Source: a virus
Virus record (IMG/VR): IMGVR_UViG_3300031857_000055
Coordinates: 42,542-106,541 of that record
DNA length: 64,000 nt
Strand: one strand, 5' to 3'
Part shown: piece by piece, positions 47,494-57,087 of the stretch
Position numbering within the stretch: the first letter of the stretch is position 1
Layout: each line of letters opens with the position of its first letter
Notes under the pieces: generated by a model
Told to the model about the DNA's origin: nothing
The model's input: the letters and a program-made list of their open reading frames with translations, nothing else
The model's database searches: none
Position numbers and translations under genes: made by a program

Positions 47494-47870
47494 GAGCGCA
47501 CGAGTTTATTAATGAAGGCAAAAAGGGTTCAGTACCTAATAGACACAACGCTGCCCAGCCTGGTGCCTATAAGTTTTCGGATAATGGCACAGACAGAACC
47601 TATCACTTAAACCAAATTATGAAAGCAGTAGCTATGGCAGATGGATCATCTACTAAAGCATTGAAGATGGATGATGAAAGCTTTGCAGGAAAAAATAACC
47701 TTGCATATCCATATAGTGATGTAGAACATACTATGATGCAGCAGGCATTCAACACAGTATCTCCCACACAAGCTAAACATATGATTAAGGGTAGAGGCAG
47801 TGACGAGCTTGACTTCATAAACAAGACTAGTCCTGTAGCAAAACGTCCAAAAGATCACAGAAAAAAATAA
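47490..47870 (+). CDS. Putative internal head protein (paralog 3)
   Basis: Starts MRAHEFINE; DRxY.LN..M.A.A..DG core shared with paralog 2. Confidence 0.6.
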   Translation: MRAHEFINEGKKGSVPNRHNAAQPGAYKFSDNGTDRTYHLNQIMKAVAMADGSSTKALKMDDESFAGKNNLAYPYSDVEHTMMQQAFNTVSPTQAKHMIKGRGSDELDFINKTSPVAKRPKDHRKK

Positions 47871-47900
47871 TTACGCTACTTTCACCTGATAAGTAATTTT

Positions 47901-48605
47901 ATGAACAACTTAATTGATATCAACCAAACACTCGACCTTATTAAGCTTAAGTTTTACAACGAATGGCTTTACACCGCTCACATCTATGATGAGGGCGACA
48001 GTCAATTTCATAAGGAGCTGACTACTCAAGTAGTAAAAACTTATGTTGACCCACTTGAACTACCTAAGGATGCACACATTCTTGACTTAGGATGTGGCCC
48101 TGGATATTTCTTAGACGAAATGAAAGAACGTGAATACACTAATGTTCACGGTGTCACTTTGAGTCCTGGCGATATCGCTATCTGTGAAAGCAAGGGACAT
48201 GCTATTAAGAAGTATGATTTGAGCTTCTTGCCACAGAAGGATGGTTACTATGATGAGTCAGTAGATTTCATCTTCTTGCGCCATGCATTAGAGCATAGCC
48301 CATATCCTATCTTCTCATTGATGGAATACAATCGTGTATTGAAGCAGGGTTCAAAGATTTACATTGAAGTTCCTGCTCCTGACTGCGATAGAAAGCACGA
48401 GTTTAACTTGAATCACTATAGTATTATGGGAGCAAATCAATTGGCTGCATTACTACAGCGTACTGGATTTGATATTGATAACTTCAATAATCTTGAGTTT
48501 GATTTGAACGTTCCTAATCCTGAAGATCCAGAAAAAAGCAAAAAGATGAAAGAAACTTACTACTGTATTGTCGCTACTAAAGCAAGACCCTTAGATATCA
48601 AATAA
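47901..48605 (+). CDS. Class I SAM-dependent methyltransferase
   Basis: ILDLGCGPG, HALEHS, RVLKQG..YIEVP; TAAGTA 5 nt upstream. Confidence 0.88.
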   Translation: MNNLIDINQTLDLIKLKFYNEWLYTAHIYDEGDSQFHKELTTQVVKTYVDPLELPKDAHILDLGCGPGYFLDEMKEREYTNVHGVTLSPGDIAICESKGHAIKKYDLSFLPQKDGYYDESVDFIFLRHALEHSPYPIFSLMEYNRVLKQGSKIYIEVPAPDCDRKHEFNLNHYSIMGANQLAALLQRTGFDIDNFNNLEFDLNVPNPEDPEKSKKMKETYYCIVATKARPLDIK

Positions 48606-48611
48606 GTAAGA

Positions 48612-48646
48612 TAAATACTCTCATAGAAATGTGAGAGTATTTTTTT
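48612..48646 (+). promoter_or_regulatory. Late promoter TAAATA embedded in a hairpin with U-tract, directly before ATG
   Basis: AAATACTCTCAT-AGAAAT-GTGAGAGTATTT then T-run and ATG 48647. Confidence 0.6.
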
Positions 48647-50506
48647 ATGGCTGAGCCTGATCCAAGTAATGTTGCTCCGTGGTATCTACGGAATATCAAC
48701 CAAGCGTTAGAACTTAATGAAGCTACTGGACAGGTATTTGTTCGTACCGGTTTTGAAGGTAACATTATCATTAGTGGTAATGTTACTATTCCAGGCAATG
48801 TTGATGCACACGTTTCGCAAATTGGAACAAGCGGGGAACTAACAGTTCCTTGGATGCCTGTCAGTATTGATGGCAATAGTAATGTTACTATATCAGGTGG
48901 CAATGTCAATGCTGCGGTTACCGGTACAGTAGCAGTTAGCGGCATTACAGGTAACATTGCGGGTATCACCGGCAATGTCACTGTAGTAGATGGTGGCGGA
49001 AGTATTACTGTAGATGGTAATGTAGGTGTTACAGGAAATGTTAATATTGGCACAATGCCAAATGTTAATGCTACTATTACAGGAGGTAATGTCTCTGTAT
49101 CAGGTAATGTTGGCGTTACGAGTTTAGGAAATGTCGTACTCACAGGAAACACACTTCCAGTAAGCGGTAATGTGAATGCCAATGTCAGTGGTAGCAATGT
49201 CATTGTGTCAGGTAATGTTGGTGTTTCAAGTTTAGGAAATATAAGTCTTGCAGGAAACGCATTACCTGTTACGGGTAATCTTACTGCGACTATTGATAAT
49301 AATGCCAGCGTAATTATTTCTGGATTCAGCGGCGCAACAAGCGATGCATTTGGTAGACTGCGTGTAAGCGAACCATTCACATTATTTGATACTAATTCAC
49401 GATACTATGATCACCAGCAATTCAGTAGTGCTATCAATGGTACTGGAAATGTGACATATGTTGAAGCAGAAAGTTCTTTCCGTCTCAGCGTAGGTTCATC
49501 TGTCGGAGACTCTGTGATAAGAGAAACTATGAAAGTATTCCCTTATCAGCCAGGCAAGAGCCAACTTTCATTGCTTACATTCTGTATGAACACTCCAAAG
49601 ACAAATCTACGCCAGCGTGTAGGATTGTTTGGTGCTAATGACGGCGTATTCTTTGAGAATGATGGTACATATAACTATATGGTTATTCGCTCAGGCTCTA
49701 CTGGTGTAGAAGAACGAGTAAGACAAGATGCTTGGAATGGCGACAGACTAACTGGATTGGGCGGCGCGTCTAACCCATCAGGAATCACGCTATATCCAGA
49801 TCGTACACAGATTTATTATGCCGATGTTGAGTGGTTAGGTGTAGGTAGCGTTCGTGTAGGCTTTATCATCAACGGTGTTTATATATTATGTCACACATTT
49901 AATCACGCTAACCAACCTGGTAATACGAAAGTCTATATGACTACTGCTACATTGCCTATACGCTATGAAATCACTAATGCAGGTGCTACTACCGGTAACA
50001 GTGTAATGACACAGATTTGTAGTACAGTTATCAGTGAAGGTGGATATAATAGTTTTGGAACTACACAGACCGCAGGTACCGGAACTACACAAAAAAGATT
50101 GACCAATGCCAATACTTATTATCCTGTTGTCAGTATTAGATTAGCGCCAAGTAGATTAGACAGTATAGTATTACCTAGACAGATTGATGTGTTAAGCCCT
50201 AGTGTAAACTATTATCGCTGGGTATTATTACAAAATGCAACTCTAACCGGTGCCACGTGGACAGGCACAAGTCCAACTGGTACGGTTCAATATGATTTAG
50301 GTGCTACTGCTATTAGCGGCGGTATAGAAATACAAAGTGGTTATGCAGCAAGTAGAGAACTTACACAACTTAGTTCGGTAGATTTCTTCCAGTACCAACT
50401 AGGAAGAACATTAGCAGGTGTTAGTGATGTTGTCACCTTAGCAATTGCTGCAACAGCAAACAACGCCGATGTATTAGCTGAAATAGGTTGGCAAGAATTA
50501 ACCTAA
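48647..50506 (+). CDS. Probable virion structural or fibre protein with GNV repeats
   Basis: Many V(S/T)GNV repeats, then a beta-rich domain starting DAFGRLRVSEP. Confidence 0.65.
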   Translation: MAEPDPSNVAPWYLRNINQALELNEATGQVFVRTGFEGNIIISGNVTIPGNVDAHVSQIGTSGELTVPWMPVSIDGNSNVTISGGNVNAAVTGTVAVSGITGNIAGITGNVTVVDGGGSITVDGNVGVTGNVNIGTMPNVNATITGGNVSVSGNVGVTSLGNVVLTGNTLPVSGNVNANVSGSNVIVSGNVGVSSLGNISLAGNALPVTGNLTATIDNNASVIISGFSGATSDAFGRLRVSEPFTLFDTNSRYYDHQQFSSAINGTGNVTYVEAESSFRLSVGSSVGDSVIRETMKVFPYQPGKSQLSLLTFCMNTPKTNLRQRVGLFGANDGVFFENDGTYNYMVIRSGSTGVEERVRQDAWNGDRLTGLGGASNPSGITLYPDRTQIYYADVEWLGVGSVRVGFIINGVYILCHTFNHANQPGNTKVYMTTATLPIRYEITNAGATTGNSVMTQICSTVISEGGYNSFGTTQTAGTGTTQKRLTNANTYYPVVSIRLAPSRLDSIVLPRQIDVLSPSVNYYRWVLLQNATLTGATWTGTSPTGTVQYDLGATAISGGIEIQSGYAASRELTQLSSVDFFQYQLGRTLAGVSDVVTLAIAATANNADVLAEIGWQELT

Positions 50507-50520
50507 CACTTCTAAACTAC

Positions 50521-50526
50521 TAAATA
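50521..50526 (+). promoter_or_regulatory. T4-like late promoter TAAATA
   Basis: 5 nt before the terminase ATG. Confidence 0.6.
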
Positions 50527-50531
50527 TTCAT

Positions 50532-52079
50532 ATGGCAAATACACCAACCTTAATCAAGGATCCCTACAAGAAAACTGTATTCAAGAACCAAAAGGAACTT
50601 GATGAGTTTATGAAATGCTGTGACCCTGAGACAGGTTATCTATACTTCATGGATAACTTCTTTATGATTCAGCATCCTACTAAAGGGTCAATGAATTATC
50701 ACCCTTGGGAATATCAAGAAAGACTGATTGATACATACCATCGCTATCGTTTCTCTATCTCACTCATGCCAAGACAGTCAGGTAAGTCTACTTCTGCTGC
50801 TGGGTATTTGCTTTGGTACGCTATGTTTGTACCTGATTCTACTATTCTAATCGCAGCACACAAGTATACCGGCGCACAAGAAATTATGCAGCGTATACGA
50901 TATGCGTATGAAAACTGCCCAGACCACATCAAGGCTGGCGTAACTACATACAACAAAGGTTCGCTTGATTTTGAGAACGGTTCTCGTATCGTTTCTGCTA
51001 CTACGACTGAAAACACAGGTCGTGGTATGTCTATCACGCTATTATATCTTGACGAATTTGCCTTCGTTCGTCCCTCAATCGCACAAGAATTTTGGACTGC
51101 TATTACTCCTACTCTATCAACTGGTGGTAAGGCAATCATTACATCAACACCAAACTCAGATGAAGACCAATTTGCTCTTATTTGGAAGGGTGCAAACAAG
51201 ACTGAGGATGAGTTCGGCAACACAACTGAGTTAGGCATCAACGGCTTTAGAGCATACAGAGCATACTGGCACGAACAGCCCGGCAGAGATGAGAAATGGG
51301 CTGCTGAGATGAAGGCTCAGCTAGGCGAAGATCGTTTCAATCGTGAAATCGGTTGCGAATTCATTATCGCAGACGAAACACTTATCAATCCAAACACATT
51401 GATTATGCTTGAAGGCATTGAACCTATTAATAGATTAGGTCAAGTCAGATGGTACAAGCAACCCGAAAAGGGTAGACTATACGTAGTTGCTCTTGACCCT
51501 TCATTGGGTACAGGTGGTGACCCCGCTGCTATTCAAGTATTTGAAGCAAGCACTACTACACAGATAGGTGAGTGGAAACACAATAAGACTGACATTCCTA
51601 GTCAGATTAAACTACTTGCTGAGATTTGTAAGTATATCTCAGAAATAACAAAAGAGCCAAACAGTATCTACTACAGTATCGAAAACAATGGCGTAGGTGA
51701 AGCCGCTGTTGTTTCGCTCAATGAGTATGGTGAGTCAAATATTCCAGGCATCTTCATATCTGAGAAGGGCAAAGGGCGTAGAGGATTCAACACTTCTAAC
51801 AAGCCTAAATTAGCTGCTTGTGCTAAGTTCAAAACACTTCTGGAATCAAAGAAGATGACCATACATAGTCGCTCTCTCATTAGTGAGTTAAAGGCGTTTG
51901 TAGCCAGCGGCGGAAGCTATGCGGCTAAGATAGGGGACACTGATGACTTAGTAATGTCATCATTGCTTGCCGTTCGTATGATGACGCAGTTGGCAGACTA
52001 TCACGGCGACTTAGAGAGCCAAATCAGAGACCACGATGAAATAATTCAACCACTGCCATTCTTTGCCGTCTTAGGCTAA
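50532..52079 (+). CDS. terL: Terminase large subunit (T4 gp17-like)
   Basis: YQ motif, PRQSGKS, LYLDEFAF, ITSTPN, ALDPS.G.GGD, IENN, DDLVM. Confidence 0.96.
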   Translation: MANTPTLIKDPYKKTVFKNQKELDEFMKCCDPETGYLYFMDNFFMIQHPTKGSMNYHPWEYQERLIDTYHRYRFSISLMPRQSGKSTSAAGYLLWYAMFVPDSTILIAAHKYTGAQEIMQRIRYAYENCPDHIKAGVTTYNKGSLDFENGSRIVSATTTENTGRGMSITLLYLDEFAFVRPSIAQEFWTAITPTLSTGGKAIITSTPNSDEDQFALIWKGANKTEDEFGNTTELGINGFRAYRAYWHEQPGRDEKWAAEMKAQLGEDRFNREIGCEFIIADETLINPNTLIMLEGIEPINRLGQVRWYKQPEKGRLYVVALDPSLGTGGDPAAIQVFEASTTTQIGEWKHNKTDIPSQIKLLAEICKYISEITKEPNSIYYSIENNGVGEAAVVSLNEYGESNIPGIFISEKGKGRRGFNTSNKPKLAACAKFKTLLESKKMTIHSRSLISELKAFVASGGSYAAKIGDTDDLVMSSLLAVRMMTQLADYHGDLESQIRDHDEIIQPLPFFAVLG

Positions 52080-52097
52080 TTTGGCATAAATATACAT

Positions 52098-53789
52098 ATG
52101 GCCACTGACAACGAATCATTCAACCGCGACTTATATGACCTTCTTAAAGTTAGAGGGTATCAGCCTGTTCCACTAGACAGTAAGAATCAACGTGTTCCTG
52201 CAAGCCAGGCTGCGGACGTTATTCAGTTTACCTTTACTAAAGACGGTGAAGAATACGGTAAGGCTTGGGTGAGTATTGATGATGCTGCAAATATTATCGT
52301 CTATTACGATGAAGAACAGCAAGAAAGTCCAAGCAATGCTACACCTGGTGTAGAATACAATGATACTTGGACTGGGTTCTTAAAGCATTTAAAGAATTGG
52401 GCACAACGTAGACAATTAAGTTTTGAATTGTCAAACAAAGATCGCCTTGGCGACGATATGAGACAACGGGATTATTACAAGATGAAAGAACGAGTATCAG
52501 AAGGTTACTACCCAATGGGTAAGAAAGCGTCATATAATGATGCAGTTCCTAATGTAAAGATTGTTTTACAACACAACCGCGCACTTGAAGAAGGTGAACA
52601 GCGTTATCGTAACGTTGCTAAAATCTATCTTGAAAACGTTGATGGCGAAAGATTCCTTGCTCCAACTACCCGTCCTGGTATCGCTCGTGTATATGCTCGT
52701 CACATCGCAGAAGGTGGCGTACCCAATGATGACAGATGGAATCACATTAAATCAATCTGTGAAGATTATAATAAGATGGCTGGTTTCGTTCGTGCTACAC
52801 GCAACGGACAGTTCAACGAATCAGCAACTCAGATGGTTCAAGAAGGTGTAAACCACTATAACAATCTTCGTGAAACATTACACAAACTGACAGGTCATCG
52901 TGGATATCAAGCTTACTTTGAATCTTGGACTCCTTCACTTATGGAAGACGAGGGCGATGACAGCATTAACGAATTGTTCGTACAAGAAACCATGGATCCT
53001 CGCATTGAATCAGCAATGCCAATCCTATCAAGACTTAAAAAGCCAGTAACTGAAATGGAAGAAATTGATACTCTAGCAGAATGGGCAGACAGCGTTATCA
53101 ATGAGAAGCTGGAGCTTGACGAGGGCGATGTTGTCCCGTTCAAGAAGAAGCAAGATGATGATTTAGATGACGATGATGACGATAGCTGGATGCCATCAGA
53201 AGAAGACTTTGAGCAGGAAGAAAAACACCGCAATCGCAAACGCACCCCTGCAAATGATGTGAACGAAATGGATAAGAGTCCAGAAGCTAACCCATATAGT
53301 GGTCAAGGGCATCGCAAGGGTGATGACAATGCAAGTAGAGGTCCGGACAAGACTGCCAAGATGCTTGCTGCTAAAAAGGCTATGAAGGCTGCTAGAAAGA
53401 CTCTTGACAAAGCATTCAAGGGCGATGTTGAAGAAAACTTTATCGGAATGGCACCTCAAGCAGTAGCAGAAGAAGAAGTTGAGGAAAGCGGATTACAAGC
53501 ATATCTCGGTAAAAAGAAATATGGCGAAAAGGGCATGAAGGCACTTCAACAAGCAGGCCGCGATGGCGCAAGCAAAGAGAAGATGGCATCAATCCGTGCT
53601 AAACACGATAAACTTGATGAAGTACAAGTTGAAGAAGATTTAGACGCAAACCAAAAGCGTGCAGGTCAACTTGGTCCTACTGAAAAAGTAAAGAACAACA
53701 ATATCGGCAAGCTGGTTGGCGCCAATGAATCAACAGAGATTGATCCAGAATTAGCTCGTATCATGGAAATGGCACGCTTTAAAAGATAA
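52098..53789 (+). CDS. Late acidic protein, possibly head core or scaffold-like
   Basis: TAAATA at 52087; numerous hydrophobic-x-E sites; low-complexity acidic C-terminal half. Confidence 0.55.
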   Translation: MATDNESFNRDLYDLLKVRGYQPVPLDSKNQRVPASQAADVIQFTFTKDGEEYGKAWVSIDDAANIIVYYDEEQQESPSNATPGVEYNDTWTGFLKHLKNWAQRRQLSFELSNKDRLGDDMRQRDYYKMKERVSEGYYPMGKKASYNDAVPNVKIVLQHNRALEEGEQRYRNVAKIYLENVDGERFLAPTTRPGIARVYARHIAEGGVPNDDRWNHIKSICEDYNKMAGFVRATRNGQFNESATQMVQEGVNHYNNLRETLHKLTGHRGYQAYFESWTPSLMEDEGDDSINELFVQETMDPRIESAMPILSRLKKPVTEMEEIDTLAEWADSVINEKLELDEGDVVPFKKKQDDDLDDDDDDSWMPSEEDFEQEEKHRNRKRTPANDVNEMDKSPEANPYSGQGHRKGDDNASRGPDKTAKMLAAKKAMKAARKTLDKAFKGDVEENFIGMAPQAVAEEEVEESGLQAYLGKKKYGEKGMKALQQAGRDGASKEKMASIRAKHDKLDEVQVEEDLDANQKRAGQLGPTEKVKNNNIGKLVGANESTEIDPELARIMEMARFKR

Positions 53790-53805
53790 CAACGGGGAAA
53801 GTACT

Positions 53806-54282
53806 ATGAGAAGACCAATGATGCCAAATAGAAATAATAGACCAAATTTATCAGCTCCTAGGGCAGCAGCAGCAACCGCAGCCATCAAGAATCTGATTCC
53901 TACAATTAAAAATATACCTCCTGTCACAGCAAATGACCGCGCTAAAATGGAGGTGGCCAAGGTAGCACTTGCAGCAGAAATACAGAAAACACAAGTAGCA
54001 GCAGCAAAAACTGCCCGTGACGGAACTGCTGCAACCCCTGTTCAACAGCTTGCAGCACAACAAACTAAGATCGGTTCGTCGGTTCCTGGCATTGCTAAAT
54101 TTCTTCCACCTGAAGCTCAACCAGCTAATGTAACATTTGCAGCAGCTATAGGGTCAATGCAAGATACTATTGCTCAACTAGACGTATTAATTGCTAATCC
54201 AGTCACTGGCGGCGTGATGAGCGACCCTGCTTTCATAGGAAGTGGCCAGCTTTCAATAAATAACAACATCAGTAGCGTTTAA
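53806..54282 (+). CDS. Ala-rich hypothetical protein
   Basis: GGGGA SD; fills the gap. Confidence 0.5.
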   Translation: MRRPMMPNRNNRPNLSAPRAAAATAAIKNLIPTIKNIPPVTANDRAKMEVAKVALAAEIQKTQVAAAKTARDGTAATPVQQLAAQQTKIGSSVPGIAKFLPPEAQPANVTFAAAIGSMQDTIAQLDVLIANPVTGGVMSDPAFIGSGQLSINNNISSV

Positions 54283-54289
54283 TACTATT

Positions 54290-54330
54290 TTGGGTGCATA
54301 ATGTAATATAATAATATATTATGCACCCAA
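54290..54330. repeat. Perfect 13-bp inverted repeat with AT-rich loop
   Basis: TTGGGTGCATAAT-15-ATTATGCACCCAA. Confidence 0.85.
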
Positions 54331-54451
54331 TTATATTGTAAATACATTACACATGAGTTATAACATAACTTGTGTGTAGTTGTCTCCGAACAACGAAACA
54401 TAAAAACACATTTAGGCACAACTTAGGCACATTTAAAAAGGAGAAAACAAA

Positions 54452-55450
54452 ATGGCAAGTCTAGCAGAAATCCGGGCTCGTTTGGCAGCCCAAGAAAACA
54501 AGAATCAGAACTCTGGCGCTCGTACTCAGTCTGATAACGCAATTTATCCCCATTGGAATATTTCAGAAGGCGCAACTGCAACAGTGCGTTTCCTTCCTGA
54601 CGCTGACAATACTAACGACTTTTTCTGGGTCGAACGGCAGATCATTAAGCTTCCTTTCAATGGCATCAAGGGTCAGCCCGATGCTAAGCAGGTAATCGTT
54701 CAGGTTCCTTGCGTAGAAATGTATGGCGAAAACTGCCCCGTTCTCGCAGAAGTTCGTCCTTGGTACAAGGATGACAGTCTTAAGGACCTCGCTAACAAGT
54801 ATTGGAAGAAGCGTTCTTATCTTTATCAGGGCTTCGTTCGTGCAAACCCTCTCGGTGACGATCAGACCCCATCTAACCCCATCCGTCGCTTTGTAATCAG
54901 TCCGCAGATTCAGACTGTAATCAAGGCATCGTTGATGGATCCTGAGTTGGAAGAATTGCCAACTGACTTCGCTCGTGGTCTTGACTTCAATATCAAGAAG
55001 ACTTCAAAGGGTGGTTATGCTGACTACTCAACTTCTAACTGGGCCCGTAAGGAATCCCCGTTGACGGAAGCTGAATTGGCAGCTATCGAAGCGCATGGTC
55101 TTTTCAATCTTAAGGACTTCTTGCCCAAGAAGCCAAGCGAAGCAGAACTTCGTGTTATCAAGGAAATGTTCGAAGCATCCGTTGATGGTCGTGCATATGA
55201 TCCTGATAAGTGGGGCGCTTACTATCGTCCGTATGGACTTGAGGCCCCGGCTGGAGCAGCTCCGGCAGAAACAACGGTGACTGCTGAAACCAGCACAACC
55301 CAGAATGCTCCAGTCTCTAACAATGATGTTCCTTGGGACGAAGATGCAGCGCCGGCAGCAAATGATCCGGTAGTTGTTCCTAAGTCGGACACATCAAGCG
55401 ACAAGGCTCAGGACATTCTTGCAATGATCCGCGCCCGTCAATCCAAGTAA
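54452..55450 (+). CDS. ssDNA-binding protein (T4 gp32-like)
   Basis: VRFLPD, C..CPV, YWKKRSY, GLDFNIKK..GYADYSTS, acidic tail; precedes uvsX. Confidence 0.88.
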   Translation: MASLAEIRARLAAQENKNQNSGARTQSDNAIYPHWNISEGATATVRFLPDADNTNDFFWVERQIIKLPFNGIKGQPDAKQVIVQVPCVEMYGENCPVLAEVRPWYKDDSLKDLANKYWKKRSYLYQGFVRANPLGDDQTPSNPIRRFVISPQIQTVIKASLMDPELEELPTDFARGLDFNIKKTSKGGYADYSTSNWARKESPLTEAELAAIEAHGLFNLKDFLPKKPSEAELRVIKEMFEASVDGRAYDPDKWGAYYRPYGLEAPAGAAPAETTVTAETSTTQNAPVSNNDVPWDEDAAPAANDPVVVPKSDTSSDKAQDILAMIRARQSK

Positions 55451-55459
55451 TACTTGGCA

Positions 55460-55485
55460 GGGGAGACCTAGTGTCTCCCCATTTT
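55460..55485 (+). terminator. Intrinsic terminator
   Basis: GGGGAGAC..GTCTCCCC ATTTT. Confidence 0.7.
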
Positions 55486-55499
55486 GACAGGAGGTTTAT

Positions 55500-55730
55500 A
55501 TGACATTACCAGATGAAAGATATAGAGCCTTGAAGCAAAGTAGAAAGCTTTTAGAAGAACTTTGCGATCCTGGCAAAACACCTAGAGTACCTAGTATTAT
55601 TCGTGATCGTGCAAGAACGATTCTACGTCATTATCCTATGGATATGCACTTAGATGGTTTAGCAGAAAATAGTCCCGAACTACTTGAAAAAACCTCACCA
55701 GGTGATAAGTTAAAACAAATTGTAAGATAA
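55500..55730 (+). CDS. Small hypothetical protein (MTLPDER..LRHYP motif)
   Basis: AGGAGG SD. Confidence 0.7.
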   Translation: MTLPDERYRALKQSRKLLEELCDPGKTPRVPSIIRDRARTILRHYPMDMHLDGLAENSPELLEKTSPGDKLKQIVR

Positions 55731-55741
55731 CAGGAGAAAAC

Positions 55742-56809
55742 ATGGCAAAGCCATTTGATATTAGTAAGTTCCGCAAGGACATTACTAAGGCTATTGACGG
55801 CCTTAGTATCGGATTTAATGACCCTACTGATTGGGTCAGCACAGGTAATTATGCACTCAATTATAGAATTAGTGGAGATTTTAATAAGGGCATTCCTCTT
55901 GGTAAAGTTACTGTCTTTGCTGGAGAGTCCGGCTCGGGTAAGAGCTACATCTGTTCGGGCAACCTTGTTCGTCATGCCCAAGAGCAGGGTATCTACGTTG
56001 TATTGATTGACAGCGAAAACGCACTTGATGAAGCTTGGCTTCACGCTCTTGGCGTAGACACTGCTGAGGATAAGCTCCTCAAGTTGAACATGGCAATGAT
56101 TGATGACGTTGCGAAAACTATCAGTGAATTCATGAAGGGCTACAAAACCTTGAATGAAGAAGACAAACCTAAGGTGCTGTTCGTCATTGACTCGCTCGGC
56201 ATGTTGCTCACTCCTACTGATGTTAATCAGTTTGAAGCAGGTGATATGAAGGGTGACATGGGTCGTAAGCCTAAGGCACTTACTGCACTTGTTCGTAACT
56301 GCGTTAATATGTTTGGTTCGAACAACGTAGGTCTTGTAGCAACTAACCACACTTATGCATCGCAGGATATGTTTGACCCTGACGATAAGATTTCAGGTGG
56401 TCAGGGCTTCATCTATGCTTCGTCAATCGTTGTAGCTATGCGTAAGCTTAAGCTTAAGGAAGACGAATCAGGCAACAAGGTCAGTGACGTTCGCGGCATT
56501 CGCAGTGCTTGTAAGGTCATGAAGACTCGTTACGCAAAGCCGTTCGAATCTGTTCAGATTAAGATTCCATATGAAACTGGTATGAACCCTTACTCAGGTA
56601 TGCTTGATATGGCAGAATCAATGGGTATGGTATCTAAGGAAGGCAACAGCCTTGTCTATACTAAGCTTGATGGTTCTATCATTAAGAAGTTCCGTAAGGC
56701 TTGGGAAGCAAATGACGATGGTTGTTTGGACACAATCATGGCTGAGTTTGAAGCAAAGTCTGCAAGCAAGAACGCTTCCTTGATAGAAGAAGAGGAAGGT
56801 GCAGAATGA
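55742..56809 (+). CDS. uvsX: RecA/UvsX recombinase
   Basis: AGESGSGKS, IDSE, VIDSLG, TNHTY, ISGG. Confidence 0.95.
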   Translation: MAKPFDISKFRKDITKAIDGLSIGFNDPTDWVSTGNYALNYRISGDFNKGIPLGKVTVFAGESGSGKSYICSGNLVRHAQEQGIYVVLIDSENALDEAWLHALGVDTAEDKLLKLNMAMIDDVAKTISEFMKGYKTLNEEDKPKVLFVIDSLGMLLTPTDVNQFEAGDMKGDMGRKPKALTALVRNCVNMFGSNNVGLVATNHTYASQDMFDPDDKISGGQGFIYASSIVVAMRKLKLKEDESGNKVSDVRGIRSACKVMKTRYAKPFESVQIKIPYETGMNPYSGMLDMAESMGMVSKEGNSLVYTKLDGSIIKKFRKAWEANDDGCLDTIMAEFEAKSASKNASLIEEEEGAE

Positions 56810-57087
56810 GCATTGGATTAATCGGTGAAGTTTGGAAGCTTCTAAGGTCAAGTATCGAGGCTGGCGACGTTGATGGCGCTGCTGAAACACTGGTTAATTA
56901 TCTCGTAGAAGAAGATTATTCAGCACACGAAATCAAGAACACTTTCCGAGGTGACAAGGATATCAAGGATGCCCTTGATTTTTACTTAGAAACTCCAGAA
57001 GATGGTTTGATACACGAGTACGAAGATGATCTTGACGAAGAAGATTATTACGACTATTACGATGATGAAGAAGACGACCAGTACTAA
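56806..57087 (+). CDS. Hypothetical protein with acidic tail
   Basis: Coupled between uvsX and uvsY. Confidence 0.65.
   Translation: MSIGLIGEVWKLLRSSIEAGDVDGAAETLVNYLVEEDYSAHEIKNTFRGDKDIKDALDFYLETPEDGLIHEYEDDLDEEDYYDYYDDEEDDQY

Noticed and set aside
46733-47870. RiPP precursors with a conserved leader
   Set aside because: About 125 aa with a shared folded-looking core, located among virion genes; a capsid-targeting leader explains the motif better
48598-49380. 260-aa minus-strand ORF with TLP repeats
   Set aside because: Mirror of the GNV repeats on the + strand
55631-56350. 239-aa minus-strand ORF
   Set aside because: Antisense to uvsX
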